From Octopus sinensis (lineage: Eukaryota), in NCBI RefSeq assembly GCF_006345805.1, contig NC_043017.1, forward strand, positions 32,674,001 through 32,738,000: a stretch of 64,000 nucleotides of DNA. The letters are read 5' to 3'. A program made the position numbers and the translations under genes. Below are positions 25,700-39,553 of this stretch, in pieces. How positions within the stretch are numbered: position 1 is the first letter of the stretch; each line of letters opens with the position of its first letter. The notes below the pieces were generated by a model. That model saw only the letters and a program-made list of their open reading frames with translations. It had not been told where the DNA came from and did no database searches.

Positions 25700-26122
25700 A
25701 AAAGCGGCAAGCTGGCAGAATTGTTAGCATGCCAGTCGAAATGCTTAGCAGTATTTCGTCTGCTGTTACGTTCTGAGTTCAAATTCCGCCGAGGTCGACT
25801 TTGCCTTTCATCCTTTCAGGGTCGATAAATTAAGAACCAGTTACACACTGGGGTTGATGTAATCGACTTAATCCGTCAGTCTGTCCTTGTTTGTCCCCTC
25901 TGTGTTTAGCCCCTTGTGGGTAGTAAAGAAGCAGTTATTTTGTCTGCCGTTACGTTCTGAGTTCAAATTCAGTCGAGGTCGACTTTGCCTTTCATCATTT
26001 CGGGGTCGATAAATTAAGTACTAGTTACACACTGGGGTCGATATAATCGACTTAATCCGTCTGTCTGTCCTTGTTTGTCTCCTCTGTGTTTAACCCCTTG
26101 TGGGTAGTAAAGAAATAGGTAC
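25700..26122 (+). mobile_element. SINE family B tandem 1.8-mer inside a family C tail
   Basis: Second unit starts at about 25935; ATTAAG(G/A)GTAC duplicated at 25684-25694 and 26123-26133. Confidence 0.85.
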
Positions 26123-26613
26123 ATTAAGAGTACATGTGTCTATGGAATAAAGTAAATTTACCTTCTTGAGCCATGCCACTTCATAATGGCCCATTTCCCA
26201 TTTTCATGGCATATATATTTCCCTTCTTGACTGGACGCCGGTCTGTTGCGGGGTCATTCATTTTTGCTAGCTGAGTGGACAGGAGCAACATGAAATGAAG
26301 TGTTTTGCTCAAGGACACAACATGTCACCCAGTCCAGGAACTGAAACCACAATCTTAAGATCATTAGTCCAACACCCTAACCACTAAGCCATGTGCCTAT
26401 CAGCCACTTGTTTGTTAAGTTCATAAGCATGCTGTTCCATTGATCGGATGAACTGGAACCTTGGTCATCGTAATTGATGATGGAGTGCTAGTCTTAAAGT
26501 TTAATTTGAACCCATAACACTTAAGCAACGAGATCAATACTGCATCCACTCTACTGTCTCCCATCTGTTCATTGGTCACTCTCAACGAGAAAGCTTTTGT
26601 GTGGTCATTCAAC

Positions 26614-26827
26614 CTCTTTACTCTTTTACTCTCTTTTACTTGTTTCAGTCATTTGACTGTGGCCATGCTGGAGCACCGCCTTTAGTCGAGCAAATCGACC
26701 CTAGGACTTATTCTTTGTAAGCCCAGTACTTATTCTATCGGTCTCTTTTGCCGAACCGCTAAGTGACGGGGATGTAAACACACCAGCATCGGTTGTCAAG
26801 CAATGCTAGGGAGACAAACACATACAA

Positions 26828-26879
<52 letters not shown>

Positions 26880-27134
26880 CAGGCTTCTTTCAGTTTCCAT
26901 CTACCAAATCCACTCACAAGGCTTTGGTCGGCCAGGGGCTATAGCAGAAGACACTTGCCCAAGATGCCACGCAGTGGGACTGAAGAGATGGTGTTGTGGA
27001 TTTCCACTTCGGCATCTGAAACTCAGAGTTTTATCTTGACTACCGAGTAATGTAACATATTGTATAGATAAATTTCCTCTATTTACATAATATTGAGGTC
27101 TCTTTCTTTCTCTTGTTATCTTACCATTTTATCA

Positions 27135-27167
<33 letters not shown>

Positions 27168-27335
27168 TACGACAGGCTTCTTTCAGTTTCCGTCTATCAA
27201 ATCCACTCACAAGGCATTGGTCGGCCCGAGGCTATAGCAGAAGACACTTGCCCAAGATGCCACGCAGTGGGACTGAACCCGGAACAATATGGTTGGTTAG
27301 CAAGCTACTTACCACACAGCCACTCCTGCGCCTAT
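26614..27335 (-). mobile_element. SINE family A composite: partial duplication around a Penelope-like fragment at 26980-27135
   Basis: Segment 26860-26984 repeated at about 27150-27275; insert homologous to 39932-40077. Confidence 0.8.
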
Positions 27336-28039
27336 TAGAAATAACGACCAAATGTCCTTCAAACCACACCTTACAATCTTAGAAAAGGAAAGACACATTA
27401 GATAATATAATAATGGATGCATGAAAATATGTTGGGTTGGGTTGGTCATGCTTGGAATGCTTTGATCATAATTTGCTTGGTTTTGGTCAAAATAACAGCG
27501 ACAACAACAACAATATGTAGTAAGATTAGTGGGGGAAATCTGGATGAGAGAAATGCATTAAGAAGGATATGTTTGTATAAGATGTTGACATTTTATGGAC
27601 GAAAGTTCGTTGAATTGCTTAAGATGGAAAAACAAAAATATTTGGATGGATATCATCTCAATGAATCTAAGTTACAATAGAAAAACCATGAAACGAGGCA
27701 ATAGGACACCCTACTTTGAGGAAAAACTATTAGACTGATTGCTAAACTGAAAGTAATGTATAAGATTTACATTTAACTGTCTGAATCAATTACATTGAGA
27801 TTACTGGCAACAAAGCTTGCTAGCCATTGACAAACAGACAGACGGACAACGGAAAGAAGAATGTACAAGGTTGTGTCAAACAGCTTCTAATAAATTAAGG
27901 TGTGTTGTCTGAGATAATATGATCAATCACACTTAGGTGTGCGCAGACGTAAAGGTTGTCATATAAATGCACAGTGACTAACAACTGAGACCAGGTCGGA
28001 AGAGAAGAAGAGACGCAAAAATCACACTGAATAACTTAC

Positions 28040-28064
28040 AATCACAATTATTTATGTGTTGTGT

Positions 28065-28107
<43 letters not shown>

Positions 28108-28715
28108 CATGTATGTATGCATGTATGTATGTATGTATGTATGTATGTTTGTATGTAGGTGTGTGTATGTATGTATGCATGTATGTATGTATGTATGTAT
28201 GTGATGTATGTATGTATGTATGTTTGTATGTAGGTGTGTGTATGTATGTATGTATGTATGCATATATGTATGTAGGTATGTATGTATGTGCTGTATGTAT
28301 GTATGTATGTTTGTATGTAGGTGTGTGTGTATGTATGTATGTATGTATGTATGCATGTATGTATGCATGTATGTATGTATGTATGTATGTTTGTATGTAT
28401 GTATGTATATGTGCTGGATGTAGACAGATAGACAGACAGACAAACAGATAGATACATTAAATAAATAGATAGACAAGACAGACACACAGACAGATTGGTG
28501 AGTAGGTAGGTAGATATAGATGGAGAGATACAGTGATAGATTAACTAGATAGCTAGATAGATAGATGGATAGATACGTATGTGTGTATGTATGTATGTAT
28601 GTATGTATGTGTGTGTGTGTGTATGTATGTATGCATGCATGCATGTATGTATGTATGTAGGTAGGTAGGTAGATAGGTAGACAGACAGACAGACAGGAAC
28701 AGATTAGATATAGAT

Positions 28716-28748
<33 letters not shown>

Positions 28749-28955
28749 TAAATAAAGAGATAAATATAATAGACAGACAGACAGACAGATAGACAGACAA
28801 ACAGATAAATAGACAGATAGATAGCCAGATAAATAGAGAGAGATATATATATAGATAGATAAATTTCTTTATTAGCCACACAGGGCTGAACACAGAGGGG
28901 ACAATACAATGTGGAAATAGATAGATGGATGGATAAAGAGCGAGAGAGAGAGGTA
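28040..28955. repeat. (ATGT)n, (ATAG)n and (ACAG)n compound microsatellite
   Basis: Direct inspection. Confidence 0.95.
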
Positions 28956-30586
28956 TGTGTATCAAAGAAGGGTGAATTTAAATATATTCATTTCAAATTT
29001 TGACACAAGGCCACCAGTTTTGGGGGAGGGGTAAGTCGATTACATTGACCCCCCCCCCCCCGTGCTCAACTGGTACTTATTTTATTGAACCCGAAAGGAT
29101 GAAAGGCAAAATCGACCTTGGCGGAATTTGAACTCAGACCATAAAGACAGATGAAATATCACGAAGCAGTAAGTAGAGAAATGACCAGTTGGACAAAATT
29201 ATTTCCAAATGGCATTTCTTTATTAGCCACACGGGGCCGAACACAGAGGGGGCAATACAATGTAGAAATAGACAGACAGACGCACGGATGGATGTCTATT
29301 TTTCTTATCTCTTTTTCCAAATGGACTCTGTAGCTACTCCTGAATTCCCGTTAGAATAACGAAGAGCCAGCAACATTGAGCTGTACTGCTACACTTCTTT
29401 TCACACCATTTACACTCAGATATGTGAGGTGGATAAACTTCTCACAGACACCTGTTCTCACCTGAAACTTATCCAACTGTAATTAATTTTCCATTTGTTA
29501 ACATGCTTGATGCAGTGTAGCTGTGTGGTAAGAAGTTTGCTTCCCAACTATATGGCTCTGAGTTCAATCCTACTGCATTGCACCTTGGGCAACTGTCTTC
29601 TGCTATAGCGTCGGGCTGACCAAAGACTTGTGAGTGGATTTGGTAGATGGAAACTGAAAGATGTCCATTGTGTGTGTGTGTGTATTTGTATATACTGTTA
29701 CGCCCACACGACCTCCTGATAACACCAACAGGCTCCAACAGTCTGTGTCTGCAGCTCAGAAGACTGTAGGTGAGATAAGCAAGCCAGTTTGCTTAGAGCA
29801 GAAGAAGCAGAAGTTACAGAATTCAGAAGAGTTGACAAGAACAAACAAAACTATTGAATAAATCCAAAACAAAAGTACTTTATTTATGAGGTGAAAAACA
29901 CTTATGGAATAAATAGACAATTCTTTAAAGAAATTTTTGAGAAATGGGTAGACTTCTTTTGGTGAACTCTTTTTTACTCACCATTCTAATGATATTATTT
30001 TTTTTCTTATCTTTTTTATTTCCCAAATGTACTTTGTTGTTATTCCCGAATTCACGTTAGTCCCACAACCATTCATTCCACATTCTTTACATTGCCAGGT
30101 TAACACTGACTATTTTTGCAGCAAGTTCAAAAACCTTCCACCTTACAAAGAGGCCACTGTTCACATCAATCACTGATATTCTTCGTCACAATAAATATCC
30201 TGCTTCTGACCCCAATTACTGCGTCAACTGTTGGACACGAAATAGCCTGGTCGCCCTCATCTCACACATCAACCGCACTGACTTCAAACCAGCTATTCAC
30301 AGAAACTACTCACATCAACTTCCATCACATCGATTTCCAGCAGACTCGAAACCAACTGCGTCACATGTCAATGTTGCCCATCGGCTCCCAGTATGGACTA
30401 ACTCTCTTGCCACATGTTCACGAGTAGTCTTTATACTCCATCTACACAGTAAAAAGCATGCCACTGACACTTTAAACAGTCACATGAGCAGAATGAATTA
30501 CTTTTTTCATCTTTCCTTGCAAAACCAGAGGTCAGTGTTCTAATTTGGCGTCGTATGAACGTGAAATTATCCGAATATAATTTTTC

Positions 30587-30875
30587 ATCATCATCATCAT
30601 CATCATTGTTTAACGTCCACTTTCCATGCTAGCATGGATTGGACGATTTGACTGAGGTCTGGCGAACCAGACTCCAATCTGATCTGGCAGAGTTTCTACA
30701 ACTGGATGCCCTTCCTAACACCAACCACTCTGAGAGTGTAGTGGGTGCTTTTACATGCCACTGGTATGAAGGCCAGTTTGGTGGTACTGGGAATGGCTTC
30801 GCTTAAATGGTGCTTTTTATGTGCCACCTGCACAGGAGCCAGTCCAGCAGCACTGGCAACGACCTTGCTCGAATG
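30587..30875 (-). mobile_element. Family D retroposon
   Basis: (CAT)n tail plus shared body. Confidence 0.8.
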
Positions 30876-32288
30876 TTCTTTTTTTTTTTTGTCCTCCATA
30901 ATTATATTGTTTGACTAAATTTCTTGAAATTGGTGCCCCAGCATGGCCTTGATGAATAATGACTGAAGCAAGAGGTAACAAAAATGCTACTAATACTAAT
31001 TCCTGAACATGTTGTTCTGCCAACATATTCTGATATTACTGAAAGGACTTCAATTCCTTAGACATTTTCTAAAGGAATATATTCTTCCATCAAACCACCT
31101 TTATCTCTTTATCTTCCTCCTCACCATCGTTATCATCACTCCACCTCAAAAGTTTAATCTTCAAAACTCTTGTGCTGCTTAACTTCAATCACTGATCCAG
31201 CCGACTTAGTCTTGAAGGGTTTTACAATGGCTTTGGTCTTTGAACAGGGACTCACCTCATCAAAATTAGTACCTTAGAAACATACCTATGCTTGATCATC
31301 ATTATCATCGTTTAACGTCTGCCTTCTATACTGGCAAGAGTTGAATGGTTTGACAGGAGCTGCTCAGGTAGGGACTTGCACCAAACTTCTGTGTCTGTTT
31401 TGGTAAGGTTTTTATGGCTGGATGCCCTTCCTAACACCAAACACCCAGCAAAGCAGGCCTAGTGCTTTTTACATAGCACAAGCACAGGTGAGGTCAGTTT
31501 TGGCAAGGTTTTCACAGCTGGATGCCCTTCCAAACGCCAACCACTTCACAAAGTGGACTGAATGCTTTTTATGTGGCATCAACACTGGCAAAGGTCAATA
31601 GGTAAGTTGCAAGACAAAGAACCTTTGAGAGGGGAGGGGGCATTGGGGAAGGAGATCTTGTGTCAGATGATGAAAGGTTATAGGGAGACAGAGAGACAGA
31701 AACAGGTGTCTTGCTTTGGAGGAGGTACATGGTTACCTGGTTAGAGAGAGAGATTCGGGGACAAACAGAAACACTCACACACACACACACACACACACAT
31801 ATATACAATGGGCTTCTTTTCAGTTTCCAACAACCAAATCCACTTGCAAGGCTTTGGTCAGCCTGAGGCTATAGTAAAAGAGATTTTCCCAAGGTGCCAT
31901 GCAGTGGGACTGAACCTGGAACCATGAGGTTGGGAAGACAATTTCTTGCCACACAGCGATGCCTGTGCCAATATGGAATATTGTAACATTAGACATATTT
32001 CCTATTTGACTTCTGGGGATTTTGGCTTCCTTAGGTACATGGAAATCAACAGAAAATAGATTTCCTATTACAGAATTCCATGTTGTGGGACTACAGACAA
32101 GTTATTAGAATGTCACAGGAAATAATCACAAGATGAGTTCTTGAAGCTGACCAGATTAGCAGGAGACTTAGAGGCAGACTAGGAACAAATGGTTGGATAA
32201 TATCTATAATCTTTGTTGGTTAGGCTTAGGAATCCATCTCATAAAGTGTAATGATGGTTGCTTCTGACAGGACCCTATGGAGGTGATG

Positions 32289-32590
32289 GTGGAGGCACAT
32301 GGCCTAGTGGTTAGAGCAGCAGATTCGCGGTCGAGGGATCATGGGTTCAAATCTCAGACCAGGCGATGTGTGTGTTTATGAGCGAAACACCTAAGCTCCA
32401 CGCGGCTCCGGCAGAAGGTAATGGCGTACTTCTGCTGACTCTTTCGCCACAACTTTCTCTCACCCTTTCCTCCTGCATCTTGCAGCTCACCTGCAACAGA
32501 CCGGCATCCCATCCAGGTGGGGAACCTATACGCCAAGGAAACTGGGAAACCGGCCCTTATGAGCCAGGCATGACTCGAGAAGGAACAAAA
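32289..32590 (+). mobile_element. tRNA-derived SINE, family C head with tail type 3
   Basis: A box TGGCCTAGTGG, B box GGTTCAAATC; same tail at 37743-37967 (minus). Confidence 0.85.
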
Positions 32591-32865
32591 TAGAAAAATG
32601 GAGGTGATGCCAAGGACGCTATCCCCACCACCCTCCCAGGAATAATGGACAGAGAAAATAGTTGGCCAGATGGAATTCCTTGTTATAGGAGGATTTTCGG
32701 AAAAATTTTCCAAAATGTAGGGGATGGATGCATAAGCTGATAGTTTTATTTAATGATTTTCAGGTACTGAACAGGTAGAATTTTTAGAATACTAAACAAA
32801 ATGTTGTGTGGCATTTCAACCATCAAATTCTGATGAGGTTCACTTTGCGTTTCATCCTCTTCGTT

Positions 32866-33006
32866 GTCATCATCATCACCATCACCATCACCATCATCAT
32901 CATCATCATTACCATCATTACCATCACCATTACCATGATCACCATCACCATCACCATCATCATCATCCCCATCACCACCATCCTCATCATCACCATCACC
33001 ACCATC

Positions 33007-33040
<34 letters not shown>

Positions 33041-33265
33041 CCATCACCATCATCACCACCATCACCATCACCATCATCACCATCACCATCATCACCATCA
33101 TCATCACCATCATCATCATCACCATCACCATCACCACCATCATCATCATCACCATCACCATCATCATCATCACCATCATCATCCTCATCATCACCATCAC
33201 CATCATCATCATCACCACCACCACCACCACCACCATCATCATCATCATTACCATCATCCTCCTCC
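32866..33265. repeat. (CAT/CAC)n trinucleotide tract
   Basis: Direct inspection. Confidence 0.95.
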
Positions 33266-34204
33266 ACTTTAATCCTACTTATTTTCAGTAAAATTCATTT
33301 ATTATCATATCAACTGCCATTTACTATCAAAGCCATTATTCACAACAGCTGTTTGTGTGACTCAGTAGAAGCTAATAGCACAATTGATTTTTAAAACAGT
33401 AACAATTAATTTCACAATGTATTCAAATTGGAGCTGTAACTTTTAGCTTAATTAATTTAACAAATCAGATCTTTCAGAGTCTGATAATTATTTAACAAGT
33501 CTTTAGACTCCATATATAGTAATTACTTCTCACGCCAGTTTAATGTAGCAATCAAAATTTCCTTAACTTCTTATTGTCTGTAGCATGTGAGACAATGACA
33601 CCTCGTTATAATGATGGAAACGGTGGGCCCGGCCGAGTGAAGTTTGATTGAAATAACGAAGCTGCTTCGTTTGTCATATCAGTGAATTTGGTTTTTGCTG
33701 GATCTACAAAGCGGCTTCTAATCAGACACATACCCTACTGCATTCCTGCGTAATTCATTTTCATTAACGAAAAATTTTGGGTCATCTCTCCACCCTTTTT
33801 TTGAAATCAGAATTAGTGATTTAGATAATGATTGTTCTCATTAATGAGGGTGCAATTTTAATTAATTAGAATTAAGTATACAAGCACTCTCTTTACACCA
33901 AAGACAGCCAATCGTCTCACGCTCTCAGTATACTTACATACATACAAACAAAAATATCCTGTTGTTGATGTTGAAATTCCAATGAAGGAGTCTTGAATCT
34001 AGGTTAGAAACCAGTTCTTTCTATATTGGCAAGAAGTCTTGAAATAAACTGAATAATGACACACACACACACACACACACATGAGCATATGTGATGCATG
34101 TGTGTATGTGTGTGTGTGTTTGTATATATACACACACACACACACATATAGATATATACATATATAAATACATATATATATATATTATATATATATATTG
34201 CTGG

Positions 34205-34527
34205 TGGTACATAAGAGAACCATCCGAACATGGCCGTTGCTAGCGCCGCCCCGACTGGCCTCGTGCCGGTGGCACATAAAAAGCACCATCCGATCGTGGC
34301 CATTTGCCAGCCTCGTCTGGCACCTATGCCGGTGGCATGTAAAAAGCACCCACTACACTCACGGAGTGGTTGGCGTCAGGAAGGGCATCCAGTCGTAGAA
34401 ACATTGCCAGATCGGACTGGGCCTGGTGCAGACTTCTGGCTTCCCAGACCCCAGTTGAACTGTCCAACCCATGCTAGCATGGAAAGCGGACGCTAAACGA
34501 TGATGATGATGATGATGATGATGATGA
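34205..34527 (+). mobile_element. Family D retroposon with short internal tandem GTGCCGGTGGCA units
   Basis: Shared body and (TGA)n tail. Confidence 0.8.
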
Positions 34528-35142
34528 TACTTACATACATACATGTAGGACAGTTTCTGTCTACCAAATCTACACACAAATCTTTTGGTCAGCCTGGGAC
34601 TATAGCAGAAGACACTTGTAGAGAATACCACACAGTGGGACTGAACCTGGAACCACGTGCCTGTAAAGCAAGCTTCTTACCACACAGCCATACCATGTGA
34701 TCGATAACTTTTTTCCTGTTGCATATTCAACACTAAATTATTTAAGTTTTATATTGCAGATTTTTAAAAATATTTCTACATTAATTAATATTCATTTCTG
34801 TGATCGGGGTCGCACATTTCTCCGTTATATGTGGATTTCATTATTATATTTATATTTAATAAAAATTTTTCCTCGATAGTTTTTAGTTTAGAGAATGCTG
34901 ATATCCATTTTCTGTTTATTGGCTGGTTAAATATTGTTGTATGTTCAGTGGAAATTATGGTTTATTATGATCGATTATAGTTTTAATTTTATTTCGTGGT
35001 GTTATAATTAAATCTGAGATAGAGATTTAGTACCAATAGAGTTTTATTCCTCATAAATATCTCACAGAGATATTACAGGAGTCAGAAACATTATAATACA
35101 ATAATAAACTTTCTAATAAAAGAATAGTTATTGCGGCTACTG

Positions 35143-35266
35143 ATGACTGTGATGATGATGATGATGAAGATGATGATGATGATGATGGTGGTGATGAAGA
35201 TGGCAAGGATGATGATGATGATGAAGATGAAAAATGACAATGATGAAGATGGTGGTGACAATGATA

Positions 35267-35302
<36 letters not shown>

Positions 35303-35773
35303 TGGACAATGGTGATGATGAGGGTAATGATACTGATAATGATGAAGATGATGATGATGATGGTGGTGATGAAGATGGCGAGGATGATGATGATGATGAT
35401 GAAAAATGACAATGATGGAGATGGTGGTGACAATGATGATGATGAGGATAATTATGCTTATAATGATGACGATGACAATGATGATGATGATAATGAAGAT
35501 GATGATGATGGTGGTGGTGATGATGATGATGATAAAAAATGACAATGATGAGATGGTGGTGACAATGATGATGATGAGATATTATGTCTTATAATGATGA
35601 CGATGACAATGATGATGATGATAATGAAGATGATGATGATGGTGGTGGTGGTGACGATGATGATGATGATGAAAAATGACAATGAGGAAGATGGTGGTGA
35701 CAATGATGATGATGATGATGATGATGATGCTGACAATGGTGATGATGAGGATAATTATGCTGATAATGATGAC

Positions 35774-35804
<31 letters not shown>

Positions 35805-36535
35805 ATGGTGTGATGATGATGATGAAAATTGACAATGATGATGATGAGGATAATGAGGCATAACAATGACGACGACGATGATGATGATTATGATGATGAT
35901 GGTGATGATGAAGATGGCGAGGATGATGATGATGATAAAAAATGACAATGATGAAGATGGTGGTGACAATGATGATGATGATGATGATGATGCTAATGAT
36001 GCTGACAATGATGATGGTGAGGATAATTATGCTGATAATGATGACGATGATGATGATGATAATGAAGATGGTGATGATGGTGGGTATGATGATGATGATG
36101 ATGAAAAATGACAATGATGAAGATGGTGGTGACAATGATGATGATGATGTTGATGATGATGCTGACAATGATGATGGTGAGGATAATTATGCTGATAATG
36201 ATGACGATGATGATAATGATAATGAAGATGATGATGATGGTGGTGATGATGATGATGATGATGAAAAATGACAATGATGAAGATGGTGGTGACAATGATG
36301 ATGATGATGATGCCCACAATGGTGATGATGAGGATAAGGATGCTGATAATGATGACGATGATGATGATGATGATAATGAGACATAACAATGACGTCGACG
36401 ATGATGATGATTATGATGATGACAAGGACAATGATGAGTATGATGATAATGATAATGATTATGATGAGTATGATGATGATGGTGATGATCATGATTATGG
36501 TGATGATGATGGCAAGGATGATGATGATGATGATC
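35143..36535. repeat. (GAT)n-derived higher-order minisatellite, unit about 115-175 bp
   Basis: Landmark GAAAAATGACAATGATG recurs about eight times. Confidence 0.9.
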
Positions 36536-36975
36536 ATCATCATCATTGTTTAACGTCCGCTTTCCATGCTAGCATGGGTTGGACAATTTGACTGAGGACT
36601 GGCGACCCAGATGGCTGCACCAGGCTCCAATCTTGATTTGGCATGGGTTTCTACAGCTGGATGCCCTTCCTAACGCCAACCACTCCGAGTGTGTAGTGGG
36701 TGCTTTTACGTGCCTCTGGCACGAGGACCAGTCAGGCGGCACTGGCAACAGCCAGGCTCAAATGGTGTTTTTTACGTGCCACCTGCACAAGAGCCTGTCC
36801 AACGGAACTGACAATGACCTCGCTTGAATGTTTTTTCACGTGCCAGTAAGGCGACAGGTAACGATCATGCTTGAATGGTGCTTTTTACGTGCCACCGGCA
36901 CAGAAGCCAGTTAGCTCCACTGGCAACAATCACACTCGGATGGTGCTCTTAGCACTCCACTGGCACGGATGCCAG
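36533..36975 (-). mobile_element. Family D retroposon, long copy with repeated TTTTACGTGCCA subunits
   Basis: Shared body; four to five tandem subunits. Confidence 0.8.
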
Positions 36976-37581
36976 TCATTGAGATGAAAAATGATAATAA
37001 TGAAGATGGTGATGATGACATTGATGATAGTGGTGACAATGATGATGATGATGATGATGCTGATAACGATGATGATGCTGATGATAATGATGATGATTAT
37101 GATGAAGATGATGGCAATGATGATAATGATGCTGATAATGACAATAACAATGATGATGGTGGCAATGATGATGTTTGTCACCGTTGTTGTTTAACGTCAA
37201 GGCAGTTGCTGTTCAAGTAGAATTTATCATCGAAAGACATTCCAGATGTGACTCTCACACCCACACACCTTGTTTTTTATTCATTTTATTTGATTGCATC
37301 AAATGCAGTGAACCTTGCACTGTGTCCTCCAATCTGTTCATTCGTGAGATATTGAGATTTATGATTTGAAGGAGTTTTGCTTGCTATTTTTAGGACATTG
37401 AGCAACCACATAGAGGCTCCTACATTGGCTCCTATAATTATTTGCAGTAGTTTCCGGTACTTCACAAGAGTAGTAGTAGCAGCAGCAGCAGGGATAGTGG
37501 TGTTGGTGTTAGTAGTAGTAGTACTAGCTGTAGAAGCAATAGCAGAAGTAGTACTAGAAGCAGTAGCAGTAGTATTAGTAT

Positions 37582-37614
<33 letters not shown>

Positions 37615-37742
37615 CAGCAGCAGCAGTAGCAGGTGGAGGAGGAGGAGGAGGAGGAGGAGAAGTAGTAGGAGTAGTAGTAGTTGTTGTTGTAGTAGTAGTA
37701 GTAGTAGGAGGAGGAGGAGGATAGGGAGAAGCAGCAGTAGTA

Positions 37743-37967
37743 GATGGGACGTTGGTCTGTTACAAGTGAGCTGCAAGATGCAGGAGGAAAGAGTGAGAGA
37801 AAGTTGTGGCAAAAGAGTCAGCATAACTTCATCATTACCTTCTGTCAGAGCCACGTGGAGCTTAGGTATTTTATTCATAAACACACACATTGCCTGGTCT
37901 GAGATTCGAACCCGCGATCCCTTGACCGCGAGTCCGCTGCTCTAACCACTAAGCCATGTGCCTCCAC
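37743..37967 (-). mobile_element. SINE family C, tail type 3
   Basis: Reverse-complement match to 32289-32520. Confidence 0.85.
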
Positions 37968-39553
37968 GCACTTCCTTAATAGGAAACTTTGTCAGGGGAT
38001 TATTTTTCATCAGCTTCTGTGTCATGTGACACAGAAGCAGACAGAAAAAAAAACAAAAATAAATTTGCTTCCCGGCATCCCGCATTCATACAAGATTTTC
38101 AGACATGCAATTGTTTCATGGTGCAGTGCGAGCCTGTTGTATGTTCAAATCCAGCCAAGGTGTGTAAAGATAACTGGAAATTAGAGAAAGTGAAAAAAAA
38201 GATAAAGAAAATTGGTGTAAAATTAGCGAAAACAAATGATGAGCCTAATTGAAATTTATCTGCTGTATTTTGTCTAAAATGACTCCTGGATTAGAGGCTA
38301 TCTGTGTAATAATTTATTGTCATGAGATTGCCATGAAGAAATTGCTGACAGCTTAATTGCTTGAAAACAATTGCAAATAATATAAACCTTTGGTATTCTA
38401 TTTGAAAGAGGGGGAGGAAGAGATAAGGAGAGAAGGAAGGGGAGAAGAGAGAGAGAGAGAAAAGGAGAAAGAGAAAGGGGGAGAGAAAAGCGAGAGAGAA
38501 AAGCGAGAGAAAGAAAATGCAAGAGAGAGAGAGAAAGGGAAGAAGAGAGAGAGATGGAAGTGTGTTTGTGCATGTATGTTTATGTGTGTGGGTGCCCCGG
38601 GTTGCTACAAATTAAACATGGACAATCAGTACATGAACGTTCTATGAGATGACTGTGAAATACTCAGGGTTGCCTGCTGTAAGGAAGCCAAACAGTTCAG
38701 CACTTGTCCACAAATTTACTGTAATAAGCCAAGGAATGTGAATTAAATTTACAAGGGGAAAAAAATCAATCAGCCACCTAATAATTAATTCTGATCAAGA
38801 AAGATAGGAGAGGGGCATCACATATATTTCTTAATTAACTAAAATAATTAAGAATTGAGTGTTGTGGCTGAGCTGAGAAGGTTTGATAAGATTGTATGAT
38901 TACACCACTCTGGGAGCTCACAACCCTGGTACTACAGACATGGGGTTAGAATGTTGCAGGGAAGGAATGTAAGACAGATTCTTCAATCCAAACCAAGCCA
39001 AACCAAGCCGGCCAGCAGAAGGCCATGAGGTAGAACACGAAGGAGAGGTGGTTGAGTAATATCTGTAGCCAGAGTTGGTCATATTTGGAAATTCAGTAGG
39101 AAAGTGCAATGAAAATTACTTAGATAGGACCCCTTGGAGAAGGTGCCTGAGCAGTCAGCTTTTGTGGCCCTCCCTGGAACAGTGCACTTGGAAGATGGAT
39201 GGATGGATGACTGCCAAAGATCAGAACCACTCTCTATTGTATGTCCACTATTTATTTTTTATTGAAAATATGAGTTTGTCTTCCTTGTTTTTCCAGGCCA
39301 AAATCAATAATTCAGCCGATAATAATTTCTCCTTGTTCCATAGGTAACTATAATTAATTAGCTTCATTAAGCATGGAAGTGCGTGCTGAGTGGTAAGAAG
39401 CTTGCTTCCAAATCACATGGTTCCGGGTTCAGTCCCACTGCAGGACACCTTGGGCAAGTGGCTTCTACTATAGCTTCTATTACTCCTGATGAGTAATTTT
39501 GGTAGACAAAAACTGAAAGAAGCCTGTCATATATAGATATATATATATATATA

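Noticed and set aside
30061-30580. About 170-codon stop-free plus-strand frame without an early ATG
   Set aside because: No recognisable protein. The minus strand ends in an A-rich tail shared with about 29290-29470, suggesting the antisense of an old LINE 3' end; too degenerate to classify.
32746-33291. Poly-His, poly-Asp/Gly and poly-Met ORFs (also 43503-44182 and 42258-42842)
   Set aside because: Trinucleotide tracts open in most frames on both strands, with no unique coding context or convincing splice sites.
36700-36975. Regularly spaced TTTTACGTGCCA repeats resembling a CRISPR array
   Set aside because: Degenerate internal subunits of the family D retroposon with related spacers, in a eukaryotic context with no cas genes.
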